A DNA stretch of 64,000 nt, taken from the sequence record NC_029316.1. One strand, given 5' to 3'. Below the pieces are notes generated by a model. It saw nothing but the letters and a program-made list of their open reading frames with translations. It did not search any database and was not told where the DNA came from. This document shows positions 1 to 8,495 of this stretch, in pieces (within the stretch, counting starts at the first letter, position 1; the number at the start of each line of letters is the position of its first letter). A program made the position numbers and the translations under genes.

Positions 1-111
1 CTGATTGACGACAGCCATGTTTTAGTGAAGGTCTATGAAGACGATCAACCGATTTTCACCATTAAGTTTCAGCTTAATGGTGAAAAGTTAGAAGTTGTTG
101 AGGCGTGGTAA
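1..111 (+). CDS. 3' end of a small hypothetical protein, paralog of 39116-39373
   Basis: Frame 1 reads LIDDSHVLVKVYEDDQPIFTIKFQLNGEKLEVVEAW*, which aligns by eye with VIDSDTMLIKVYGGDEPTFTIKARLVGGKLEVVDVR. Confidence 0.75.
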   Translation: MIDDSHVLVKVYEDDQPIFTIKFQLNGEKLEVVEAW

Positions 112-135
112 CATGGAAAAGCGGGGCGAAGATCC

Positions 136-519
136 GTGGAAAAAGAAATTAGTTTATTGTTAAAAATAATAAAATTCCTCCTAAAGAGCAAAAAGGAATT
201 TGAGGTTACCTATGAAGAAGGTGAAGGAGAGAAGTATGAGGAGGAAGATTTCAAAAAATTTTATTCTCCTTCTATCGAGCTAGAAATTAAGAGCGAAAAT
301 GCACTCAAACACGATATTATAGAAATGTTGGAGAAAAATGGATTTTATTTGGCTAACGGAGCTGAGAATATCGATGTTTATGAAAAGGAAATATATGAAA
401 GGACAGGGAAGAAAAGGAAGGTTGCTGTAAGGTTAGTAATCGAAGTGCATTATGATGATGATGATGTATATAAAATTGTCATTTTTGTGAAAAAATTAAT
501 ATGGAGTATAAAGAGTTGA
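136..519 (+). CDS. Hypothetical protein, paralog of 44617-45006
   Basis: 127-aa ORF; shared motif (N/L)GFY(L/P)xNGAEN with the 44617 ORF. Confidence 0.7.
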   Translation: MEKEISLLLKIIKFLLKSKKEFEVTYEEGEGEKYEEEDFKKFYSPSIELEIKSENALKHDIIEMLEKNGFYLANGAENIDVYEKEIYERTGKKRKVAVRLVIEVHYDDDDVYKIVIFVKKLIWSIKS

Positions 520-564
520 CTTTCTCCACTTAATTTATTCTCTTTTTCTAATCGGGGAGGTAGT

Positions 565-1203
565 ATGATAAATGAGAGATGGGACACGGAGAATAGACTA
601 TCGCAGTATATCCCGCTATATCTTTTGCGATTTACTCTACCTAGCAAGTTTTTAGCTAAGGAAAGGACAAGTGTTGACAAAAAGGAAGACTACACTAACA
701 TATTAATTACTATCAACAACGCGTTGGCATCTAAGCTAGAGTCAATAAGACGATCGGTGTACGAAGAAATAGGAAAGGGTTTTGTATACATAGAGTTGAT
801 GGGTTGGATAGCTGTAGACGATAATGGAGTAAATCACGCTAATATTGCCAATAAGAGGATAGTTGATGAATTAACAAAGGTCGTAGAGAGCGGAAAAGTG
901 ACTTTCAGGGACGGCAGAGTTATCTTAATCCCACCACAACTCATTGAGAAATTAAGGAGAACTATAGCAAATCATTATTACGTAAAAGCGATTAGGATAC
1001 TGGTAGACTATGATAACGCTAAGGAGATAATAGAGCAGGCGTTAAGTCAGCTGAGGGAAGGAATTGAGACTTTACAACAGAAAATTCAGGAAGCTGAAGC
1101 TGAGAAGAAATTAGCATCGCTCAGGAAATATCAGTCTGACAGACAAAAAATTGAAAGACTGTACGAGTCGTTTCTCGATTTCTATAAGGCTAGATTCTCC
1201 TAA
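565..1203 (+). CDS. Hypothetical protein with C-terminal coiled coil
   Basis: 212-aa ORF, SD-like GGGGAGGT upstream. Confidence 0.75.
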   Translation: MINERWDTENRLSQYIPLYLLRFTLPSKFLAKERTSVDKKEDYTNILITINNALASKLESIRRSVYEEIGKGFVYIELMGWIAVDDNGVNHANIANKRIVDELTKVVESGKVTFRDGRVILIPPQLIEKLRRTIANHYYVKAIRILVDYDNAKEIIEQALSQLREGIETLQQKIQEAEAEKKLASLRKYQSDRQKIERLYESFLDFYKARFS

Positions 1204-1241
1204 TTTCTGTAATCACACCTGTGTTCTCGGGGTGGTGTTTT

Positions 1242-1379
1242 ATGGAAATAAGTGAAATAAATGAGCATATAAAAGAATTAGATAAATTGGTAAGTTCAGG
1301 TAACATAAAGGATGCGTTATTTTTAGTTCAAGTAATATATGCAGAGCTATACAATATATATAAGGTTTCTGTGAGGTGA
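1242..1379 (+). CDS. Small 45-aa protein directly upstream of the Tas-like gene (not in ORF track)
   Basis: GGTGGTG SD then ATG: MEISEINEHIKELDKLVSSGNIKDALFLVQVIYAELYNIYKVSVR*; its stop overlaps the SD (GAGGTGA) of the next gene. Confidence 0.6.
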   Translation: MEISEINEHIKELDKLVSSGNIKDALFLVQVIYAELYNIYKVSVR

Positions 1380-1385
1380 GCAAAA

Positions 1386-2417
1386 ATGAGTGAGGTAGAC
1401 CTCGTACATTTAAAAGACCTAGTGGAGTTCAGGGACGACATAATAAAGTTAAGAGTAGCGTTAGGAAACAGGATAGGTGCTAAAAAAGAGAACAATAAGT
1501 GGGTATTCCTAAGGAGATATTCAGTATGCAACAACCATCATATGATATTACTCAAGGAAGACGAAAAACGCGATAAGTGTCCCCTCTGCGGTCAGCCCGT
1601 CAAAATTATTGAAGAAACACCATCTAATGACCTCATAGAGAGGTTTATGGATCTGCTCAGACAACAAGAGATAGTTGAAGGGCTTATTGGTAACGCTGTT
1701 ACGAAATTCCCAGAATTTACTAATTTCTTGGCGTTTATTCGAGGAATAGGATCTGCTAACGCTGGAAGACTTCTCGTTTATGCATACCCACCAAAGTTTC
1801 AGTACAGCATCAATAAATTCAGGAAGTACGCTGGTTTAGCCGTGATGTTCCAGTGTCCTAAATGCGGATATTATTATTACGCTGGTGAGTCCTCAAATGG
1901 TAAACCTGCCCTTCCATCAAAAGACGGTTGGCTGTGTCCAAATGACGGTACGAAACTTATTGGTACGTCAGCGAAGAACGTCAAGTACAATAGGACTGTT
2001 AAGACATTTTTACTAGGAATTCTGGCTAATAACCTCATACTGGCAGGCGGTGTTTATGCAAAGATAATAAAATCATTTAAAGAAGAAATAGCATCTAAGC
2101 ACCCAGACTGGAATAAGCTAAGAGTACAGAGGACTGCGATTAGGAAAGCAATATCCTTATTGATATCACAATACTTTGCTATCTCTTTACATTACCGCGA
2201 AGGAGTACCATTACCTGAGGCTTACAAAGTAGTGTTGGGGAAAGAATACGAAATCCTCAGAAAGCACGAAGATTTCATTGAATCGCCAATTACAGACTAT
2301 TACGTTGACACGAAGACTGTAAAATATAAAGCTAAGTTTGAAAAGATATTGGAAGAATTAGGTATAAACAGAGAGGAGGTGACAACATGGCTGAAGAAGA
2401 AAAAGATTATTAAGTAA
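1386..2417 (+). CDS. tasA: TIGR-associated Nop-domain protein (TasA-like; IS110-related, no RuvC), with two Zn-ribbon insertions
   Basis: IS110/Nop hallmarks: coiled coil LKDLVEFRDDIIKLRVALGNRI, HhH-like FIRGIGSANAGRLL, KFRKYAGL, KYNRTVKTFL and C-terminal QRTAIRKAISLL. No N-terminal DEDD domain. Inserts CNNHH..CPLC and CPKC..CPND. A dual-spacer array starts 1 nt after the stop. Confidence 0.8.
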   Translation: MSEVDLVHLKDLVEFRDDIIKLRVALGNRIGAKKENNKWVFLRRYSVCNNHHMILLKEDEKRDKCPLCGQPVKIIEETPSNDLIERFMDLLRQQEIVEGLIGNAVTKFPEFTNFLAFIRGIGSANAGRLLVYAYPPKFQYSINKFRKYAGLAVMFQCPKCGYYYYAGESSNGKPALPSKDGWLCPNDGTKLIGTSAKNVKYNRTVKTFLLGILANNLILAGGVYAKIIKSFKEEIASKHPDWNKLRVQRTAIRKAISLLISQYFAISLHYREGVPLPEAYKVVLGKEYEILRKHEDFIESPITDYYVDTKTVKYKAKFEKILEELGINREEVTTWLKKKKIIK

Positions 2418-2418
2418 C

Positions 2419-3346
2419 TGCACATAAGCAATATAGTTCGTCAATAATTGCCGTCCTGCACACGAGCAAAAAGTACGCTCAATAAACGCGATATTGCACA
2501 CAAGCAACATATACGTTCAATAAGATACCCATTGCACATAAGCAATCAGCTATTTCAATAATTAATGTACGTGCACACAAGCAACCTGATTGTTGATAAA
2601 AATACCAACTGCACACTAGCATTCTATCCTTTCCCTAAGGACTTAGTTGCACACTAGCAAAATATCCATTCAATAATATTTATATTGCACATAAGCAACA
2701 GGTCTATTCAATAATAAATACGTTGCACATAAGCAAGCTAATAATTCAATAACGATATCTTTGCACACGAGCATTATCATTCCTCAATAACCGTGAAGTT
2801 GCACAAAAGCAATAAAGAGTTTCAATAAAATTGCTCATGCACACAAGCAAGAGAAAACTTCAATAAAGACGTTTATGCACACAAGCAAAGATACAATTCA
2901 ATATCGAAAGATATGCACATAAGCAATCAGCTATTTCAATAATTAATGTACGTGCACACAAGCAATTGCTATGCTCAATAATAGTCGAATTGCACACAAG
3001 CAAAATAATCATTCAATAAACACCTTATTGCACATAAGCAATAAGTATAGTCAATAAACACCCCACTGCACACAAGCAATAACATTATTCAATAATATTT
3101 ATATTGCACATAAGCAAGAAATATCTTCAATAAAAATCACCCTGCACACAAGCAATGAGGTAAGTCAATAACAATCTACCTGCACACCAGCAAAGATAAA
3201 GATCAATAAAAAAAGTTTTGCACATAAGCAACCAGGCTATTCAATAAACCGCATATTGTACACAAGCAAATATAAAGTTCAATAACGGCAAACTTGCACA
3301 TGAGCAAGGGTTGGTTTTCAACAAGAATCCTATTGCACACCTGCCC
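2419..3346 (+). repeat. TIGR-like dual-repeat/dual-spacer array, 24 units of 38 nt (25 edge repeats, the last degenerate)
   Basis: Unit = TGCACAYAAGCAA (13 nt) + 9-nt spacer A + TCAATAA (7 nt) + 9-nt spacer B. Edge repeats at 2419, 2457, 2495, 2533, 2572 ... 3257, 3295, 3334; three units are 39 nt because one spacer is 10 nt. Confidence 0.92.
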
Positions 3347-3369
3347 TTCCAGAGCGGGGAGGAAGTCAG
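3340..3369 (+). mobile_element. IS200/IS605-type right-end remnant
   Basis: CCTGCCCTTCCAGAGCGGGGAGGAAGTCAG: GC hairpin + GGAGGAAGTCAG, typical of Sulfolobales IS605 ends; near copy on the minus strand at 39066-39094. Confidence 0.6.
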
Positions 3370-3371
3370 AA

Positions 3372-3821
3372 ATGGGCAAATTTGATAAAGAATTAATAGA
3401 TATGGTTAAAAAATTAATACAAAAATCTTCTAGTAGCCCATACACAAAAGTAGGTCTTAGCATTTCTGATGAGCATAGGCTACAAAAAATCGACCCTGAG
3501 CTCTATAAACAATATTATGACACAAAAATGATGATAGAAAAGAACAGGGCTGAATTCAAAGAAAGTATTCTTAAATTAATTGATGATATTAATAATGGAA
3601 TTCTAGATAAATATGGTGCAAGGGCGATTTTAGATAGGTTCGATGAGAACGCCATCAACCACCCAGGGTACTATTGCATATCAATAAAAATGAAGAGATT
3701 GCCACGTGAGCAGTTTACAGAGCTTGTTAACAAACTTAAGCAAATAGGGTTCAAGTTTAACGGCTATAATTGGGAATACTGTGATATTATTGGCAATTAT
3801 CCGCGTTTGAGAAAGTCTTAA
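3372..3821 (+). CDS. Hypothetical protein (149 aa)
   Basis: Start moved from 3294 (inside the array) to ATG 3372, which follows a GGAGG SD. Confidence 0.7.
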   Translation: MGKFDKELIDMVKKLIQKSSSSPYTKVGLSISDEHRLQKIDPELYKQYYDTKMMIEKNRAEFKESILKLIDDINNGILDKYGARAILDRFDENAINHPGYYCISIKMKRLPREQFTELVNKLKQIGFKFNGYNWEYCDIIGNYPRLRKS

Positions 3822-3871
3822 AACCGAAGAATCGTAAAAAGCTGAGATTAACGTTTTATATAATTTGGTAC

Positions 3872-4138
3872 CTAATTCTGAATCGTTTCGTTCTCCACTA
3901 TGTCGTCCCCATAATATTCTCTCAATTCATTTATTACAACTTTAGCTATGTCGTCCCCATAATATTCTTTCACCTTTTTGATAAGCTCCTTCAAGTCGTC
4001 ATATATTTCTGCGAAATCACCGTCAATAGTAAAGTTGACTAGTATATATTTACCATCAGTGGTCGGTATTACCATTAGACCTTGATCAATGTTTCTGATT
4101 TTAACTTCAAATGGCAGGAATTTAATTGTTAGATACAT
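3872..4138 (-). CDS. Hypothetical protein with short internal repeat (KEYYGDDI x2)
   Basis: ORF track; MYLTIKF start preferred. Confidence 0.65.
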   Translation of the reverse strand: MYLTIKFLPFEVKIRNIDQGLMVIPTTDGKYILVNFTIDGDFAEIYDDLKELIKKVKEYYGDDIAKVVINELREYYGDDIVENETIQN

Positions 4139-4307
4139 TTTCCTTCCCAAGGATTATGTTTGTTTTAAGTTTTTAAAGATAGTAGTTGTGGGCTAGCTCT
4201 ATCATGATTGAAGTGTAGGGACAAACGGAAATCGGGGGTGTTGTTTCAAATGGAAGAAATTGAAAAGTTAAAAAAGTTGAATGGAAAGGAGACAAAAAAG
4301 GTGATGG

Positions 4308-4565
4308 ATGGTGAAGGTTAAGATACCATATAAATTCCTAGAGGAAAATACATGGTGCGATAGTGACTACTATGGTTGTAGTGGTAGTTGTAGCCACTGC
4401 TATCCGTATGCTGAGAATACTGTTTATGAAGCAGATATTGACGACGTCAAGTTTGATAGAATTGACCTGGAAGATATAGTTGATGAGTACTTAGATGACA
4501 TTATAGATATACTAATGACGAAACATAGGAAGGAATTAGAAAGGAGGATGAACAATGGAACGTGA
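4308..4565 (+). CDS. Small Cys-rich, acidic hypothetical protein
   Basis: CDSDYYGCSGSCSHC cluster; GGTGA SD. Confidence 0.65.
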   Translation: MVKVKIPYKFLEENTWCDSDYYGCSGSCSHCYPYAENTVYEADIDDVKFDRIDLEDIVDEYLDDIIDILMTKHRKELERRMNNGT

Positions 4566-4890
4566 AGACTTTATAGAATACCTTGCAAATTCTGCGTCAG
4601 CTATATTTGACCATAATCAGACAAAGAAGCTTATCGATTATTTTCTCTCGATCTATGGATTATACAAAATGAGAGGGGTTACCATGTCTGCTGATAAGAT
4701 TTACAGATACATTATTAGATCTGTAAAACTCCCATATAGACAACAAGTAATCTTGTACAGCATTTTTTCCGATTATAGTATGCTGACACATGAAGAGAAA
4801 GGAAAATTTTTATACGTACTTATAGAAAAAATGATAGACAAGTTATTGGAGGGTGCTGATGAAGCGGATAATAAACCTCGCATATTCTAG
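4555..4890 (+). CDS. Hypothetical protein
   Basis: 111-aa ORF overlapping the previous stop. Confidence 0.65.
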   Translation: MEREDFIEYLANSASAIFDHNQTKKLIDYFLSIYGLYKMRGVTMSADKIYRYIIRSVKLPYRQQVILYSIFSDYSMLTHEEKGKFLYVLIEKMIDKLLEGADEADNKPRIF

Positions 4891-5117
4891 GGAAGAACTA
4901 AAAGTGCCGACTAAAAGTTTATATTTTTCGGGAAAGAAGTTAAAATAAGGAAGAACTAAAAGATGGGGAGAGCGGGAGGGGTCGTCGTAGCGGGAAGTTG
5001 CCCCGCCTCTTCCAAGGGCGGGGTAAAATTTTAGTTGAAATAAGGAAGAACTGAAATAAAACTAAATGGGAATACTCAACATTCCACTATATAGTTGAAA
5101 TAAGTAAGAACTGAAAG
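4881..5117 (+). CRISPR. Candidate virus-borne mini-CRISPR array (3 full 24-nt repeats + 1 degenerate)
   Basis: GTTAAAATAAGGAAGAACTAAAAG 4939-4962, GTTGAAATAAGGAAGAACTGAAAT 5034-5057, GTTGAAATAAGTAAGAACTGAAAG 5094-5117, partial ending 4904; spacers 34, 71 and 36 nt; 3' GAAAG as in Sulfolobales repeats; no cas genes in the window. Confidence 0.6.
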
Positions 5118-5171
5118 ATGTCAGCTCTAGTTATTCGTTTTTATAAAGGGTGAATTGGTATTTTTCTCGGG

Positions 5172-5951
5172 GTGTTAAATGTGGAAAGTCCTTCCCCTTC
5201 TCCTTATACTGTCTCTAAAGAAGCAATGAACTTTCTCAATGTTTTCTTTTCAAATAAGCCGATAAAAAACGAGAAGGTTATAATAAACGCTCTTAAAAAT
5301 GGGTTTGTAAGCAGTGTTATCCTTGATATATCTCCTAATGCGTTAAGCGAATTTGAGGATATCATAAAGAAATATTTTGATGTAGACCTTATCGACGACG
5401 AATATTACAAAACTGTAGAGCTGGGTATTATAGCGATGGTAATAACACTACTGGCTCATAGAGTAAGGTTAATTGAACTGCAAGATTTAGCCGAACCGCT
5501 AAATAAATACGCTTCTTACCTTTCATCACTAAGGTTTAAAGCACCTAAAAAGGACGTAATGCCATTGTTAGCCCTAGGTCTTGTAACTGAAGAAGGTGGT
5601 GGGTTCTATAAGGTTACTGGTCTTGCATTGTATCTCATTAATTTTTTATTAACAGTAAATATGAGCATCACATTACCTAAGGCATGCCTGAAAGAGCTTA
5701 TTGAAGATTTGAATAACATACTGTTGTTTCATAAATTTATGGTCGAACGTGTGACTAGCTTGCTTTATGAAGCACCTTGGTCATTGTATTCAGCGTATCA
5801 CGGTTCCAGCAGTTACGATGACTTAATGGCTGAGCTTGATTTCGAAAGCATATTAAATACGCTAAATCTATTGAGGGAAAAACTAAAACCACCGTACAAA
5901 TATGAAATACCAGTAATTATGGGAGAAAGGAAACTTTCTCAATTAATTTAA
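5172..5951 (+). CDS. Hypothetical protein
   Basis: 259-aa ORF, GTG start. Confidence 0.7.
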   Translation: MLNVESPSPSPYTVSKEAMNFLNVFFSNKPIKNEKVIINALKNGFVSSVILDISPNALSEFEDIIKKYFDVDLIDDEYYKTVELGIIAMVITLLAHRVRLIELQDLAEPLNKYASYLSSLRFKAPKKDVMPLLALGLVTEEGGGFYKVTGLALYLINFLLTVNMSITLPKACLKELIEDLNNILLFHKFMVERVTSLLYEAPWSLYSAYHGSSSYDDLMAELDFESILNTLNLLREKLKPPYKYEIPVIMGERKLSQLI

Positions 5952-5966
5952 AACGGGGCGAAAAAA

Positions 5967-6848
5967 ATGAAAGTTGAACTAGTTTCTTATACAAAAGATG
6001 GAGAAAGAGTTGTTGCCATTGCTTCTAAGATGAGCAGGTCTAGAAAGGGTTGGGATTACCACGAGAAGACAATGACGGATGAGGAAGTAGAAGTATGGAT
6101 CCGTGACGCTATCATTCACGGCTATTGGTCACCACTAGAACACAGTAGTTATACCTTCTCAATAGAGGGTATAAGCAGAGTTGCCTCTCATCAGCTAGTG
6201 AGACACCGCATTGCATCATACACTCAAATGAGCCATAGGTTTGCTAAGCCCGTTGATGAGTACTACCAACCAGTAACTCCGCCTTCTGCGGAAAAGAGGA
6301 ACGAGGAACTAGTTAAGAAGGCTTACGACGACGCTTACAAATACTACTACGAGCTATTACAGAACGGTGTTCCAGAGGAAGATGCCAGATACGTCCTACC
6401 TAATGGAGTAAATACAAACATCGTTGTGACAATGAACGCCAGAGAGTTATACAACTTCTTTGCCCTAAGACTATGCTCAAGAGCACAGTGGGAAATACGT
6501 CAAGTTGCTTGGAAAATGCTAGAAGAAGTAAAGAAAGTCCATCCCCGTCTATTTAAGTATGCTGGGGCTAATTGTATAATATTAAACAATTTAACTAGTG
6601 ACAGACTGATGACTGTAGAGAACGTCCTTAACGGAATATGGAGATTTGAGATTAGCAGGTGTCCAGAAGGCGTATATCGTGATGGAATACCTAAGTGCAT
6701 ACTTTCCAGCATGGGTCTTGCTGACCTATATCAGTGCATTCATGACTGCAAAGTTCATTTTGGCGACCCTGGTGACGACGACAGTGGTTGCATAGCCTGG
6801 TGTAAGAAAAAGTACGCTGACGGCTTCATAGGACAAGGTGGGGCATGA
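5967..6848 (+). CDS. thyX: FAD-dependent thymidylate synthase ThyX
   Basis: ThyX signature [14 protein letters not shown]; HWSPLEH-like GYWSPLEH; EDARYVLP; [23 protein letters not shown]. Confidence 0.95.
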   Translation: MKVELVSYTKDGERVVAIASKMSRSRKGWDYHEKTMTDEEVEVWIRDAIIHGYWSPLEHSSYTFSIEGISRVASHQLVRHRIASYTQMSHRFAKPVDEYYQPVTPPSAEKRNEELVKKAYDDAYKYYYELLQNGVPEEDARYVLPNGVNTNIVVTMNARELYNFFALRLCSRAQWEIRQVAWKMLEEVKKVHPRLFKYAGANCIILNNLTSDRLMTVENVLNGIWRFEISRCPEGVYRDGIPKCILSSMGLADLYQCIHDCKVHFGDPGDDDSGCIAWCKKKYADGFIGQGGA

Positions 6849-7507
6849 TGGTTTCAGTAGTAGATTTAATAAAAGAACATTTAGATTTTTTAAGCATAAA
6901 ATATATTATAACTAGAGAAGCCGATACAGAATTCACTTTTCATCTCGATTACATCTCTAAAAACAAAGTTAATGTACTGTCAAAAATACTAAGCGAGAAC
7001 GGATTTTTTGTGACTTTCAATAATAGTCAATACATAGTAATGATGGATAAAAATGGGCAACGTGTAAGTTTTATGTTTGGTGATGATTTGCTGTATAAAA
7101 TAAGGGTTTATACTACAGCAAAGCCTAAGCATTTTGCAGTAAAGGTGCATAGGTTAAGGAGTGTTAGGGTACAATATAGAGACGATATTGTTGAACACAA
7201 CAACATTATAATTACATTAAAGATCTCAAAGAAAATCAAGGATTTGCTTATTTTATATTCACGCAAAATAGGTAAAACTGCTGGCGAATTAATACGCTGT
7301 ACGCTTGCTAATACTATTTTAAAAGAGTTTGATGCCGATTACGATGATAAGAAGCTTCTTGACGGTGATATTAGTGTGTTGTCGTTAAAGATAAATAAGA
7401 AGTTGTTAGAGAAGCTCGACAATTTTGCAACAAATCATAAAGTTACGAGGTCTGCAGTGGTAAGGTACATAGTGTACTTGATACTTAAAAACGCAGGAGT
7501 ATTCTAA
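6845..7507 (+). CDS. Protein with two C-terminal ribbon-helix-helix-like repeats
   Basis: [13 protein letters not shown]...TAGELIR and [17 protein letters not shown]...[10 protein letters not shown]. Confidence 0.65.
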   Translation: MMVSVVDLIKEHLDFLSIKYIITREADTEFTFHLDYISKNKVNVLSKILSENGFFVTFNNSQYIVMMDKNGQRVSFMFGDDLLYKIRVYTTAKPKHFAVKVHRLRSVRVQYRDDIVEHNNIIITLKISKKIKDLLILYSRKIGKTAGELIRCTLANTILKEFDADYDDKKLLDGDISVLSLKINKKLLEKLDNFATNHKVTRSAVVRYIVYLILKNAGVF

Positions 7508-7552
7508 CGGTTTTTTCTTCTGCAAACACAGATGTGATTTCGGGGAGAAGCC

Positions 7553-8044
7553 ATGCTCCAAAATATGTTGTTAAAAAATATAAATACCCCTCCTAAGGAG
7601 GAAATAGAGAAATTTAGGCAAATGCTGTTTTTTAAGGTAGCTGAATGCACTAAAGATAAAAATTTTGCTAAGTGTGTTATCAACAATATAATTGAGAATC
7701 TGAAGTACATAGACGTTTCTATTCTTTTATACCCACAAACAAAGCGTAAGTGTAGGATGATAAAAGGTTTTGAAAACTCCCAGGCTGAGGTTATAAAATA
7801 CGACGACGAGCCTTATTTACTCTGCACGGACGTCCTTTTAGTTTACAAGCTACCAGATAGCATAATGACGTTATTATTTACGCTTTCAGGCAACGAGATT
7901 ATATCATCCTATGTAGTTTCTAATATTCCGCAATTGCCTTTAAAGATAGAGGTACCTTTTAATATAGAGGTTGTTGGGGACAACCATATATATACTGTGT
8001 ATAGAAGAAACTCTTCATATGGGGTGAAAATAAATGAAGAATAA
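7553..8044 (+). CDS. Hypothetical protein
   Basis: 163-aa ORF. Confidence 0.65.
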   Translation: MLQNMLLKNINTPPKEEIEKFRQMLFFKVAECTKDKNFAKCVINNIIENLKYIDVSILLYPQTKRKCRMIKGFENSQAEVIKYDDEPYLLCTDVLLVYKLPDSIMTLLFTLSGNEIISSYVVSNIPQLPLKIEVPFNIEVVGDNHIYTVYRRNSSYGVKINEE

Positions 8045-8450
8045 CGGTGTAGAATTACTCATCATCTTGCCTAGAAATAATTGCACCATAAAGAAGAACA
8101 AGTATCTCAGCTACGTAATAAAAGATAACAAATGTTACGTTTATCTTGTCTATTCTAACAAGTATTATCTTACTACCTCTTTACCTTCTAACCTCATCTT
8201 AAACGGTAGAGAAGCTACAAAAATTTTGCACCACATGCTGAATAAGAGCGATGAGGAACTGTATAACGCTATCCTCTCGTCTGGGGATACGGCAAGTAAA
8301 AAGACTTATAGAATAAACCTTACAGTATCTCCTATAGTTGCTCCAAAGTTATTCAAACTAGCCTTCATGTTCAATGTAAAAATTTCTACAATCATCCGCA
8401 TGTTAATATTATCATATTACCGTTCCACGACGATAAAGTTAGCACCTTAA
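8034..8450 (+). CDS. Hypothetical protein with C-terminal RHH-like motif
   Basis: YRINLTVSPIVAPKLFKLAFMFNVKISTIIRMLI. Confidence 0.55.
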   Translation: MKNNGVELLIILPRNNCTIKKNKYLSYVIKDNKCYVYLVYSNKYYLTTSLPSNLILNGREATKILHHMLNKSDEELYNAILSSGDTASKKTYRINLTVSPIVAPKLFKLAFMFNVKISTIIRMLILSYYRSTTIKLAP

Positions 8451-8495
8451 TTTTTTATGCACTATTTTTCTCACATTTTGGATAATATTACTCCT

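Noticed and set aside
1386-2417. IS110 transposase call
   Set aside because: No N-terminal DEDD/RuvC domain, no catalytic Ser loop after YAGL, and a dual-spacer array is adjacent; TasA-like fits better
2419-3346. CRISPR array or simple tandem repeat
   Set aside because: Two different constant repeats alternate with two 9-nt variable segments; CRISPR has one repeat with spacers of about 30-45 nt, and a VNTR would not vary in two fixed windows
3203-3463. 86-aa minus-strand ORF and the 3294 start of the next ORF
   Set aside because: Chance reading frames across the array
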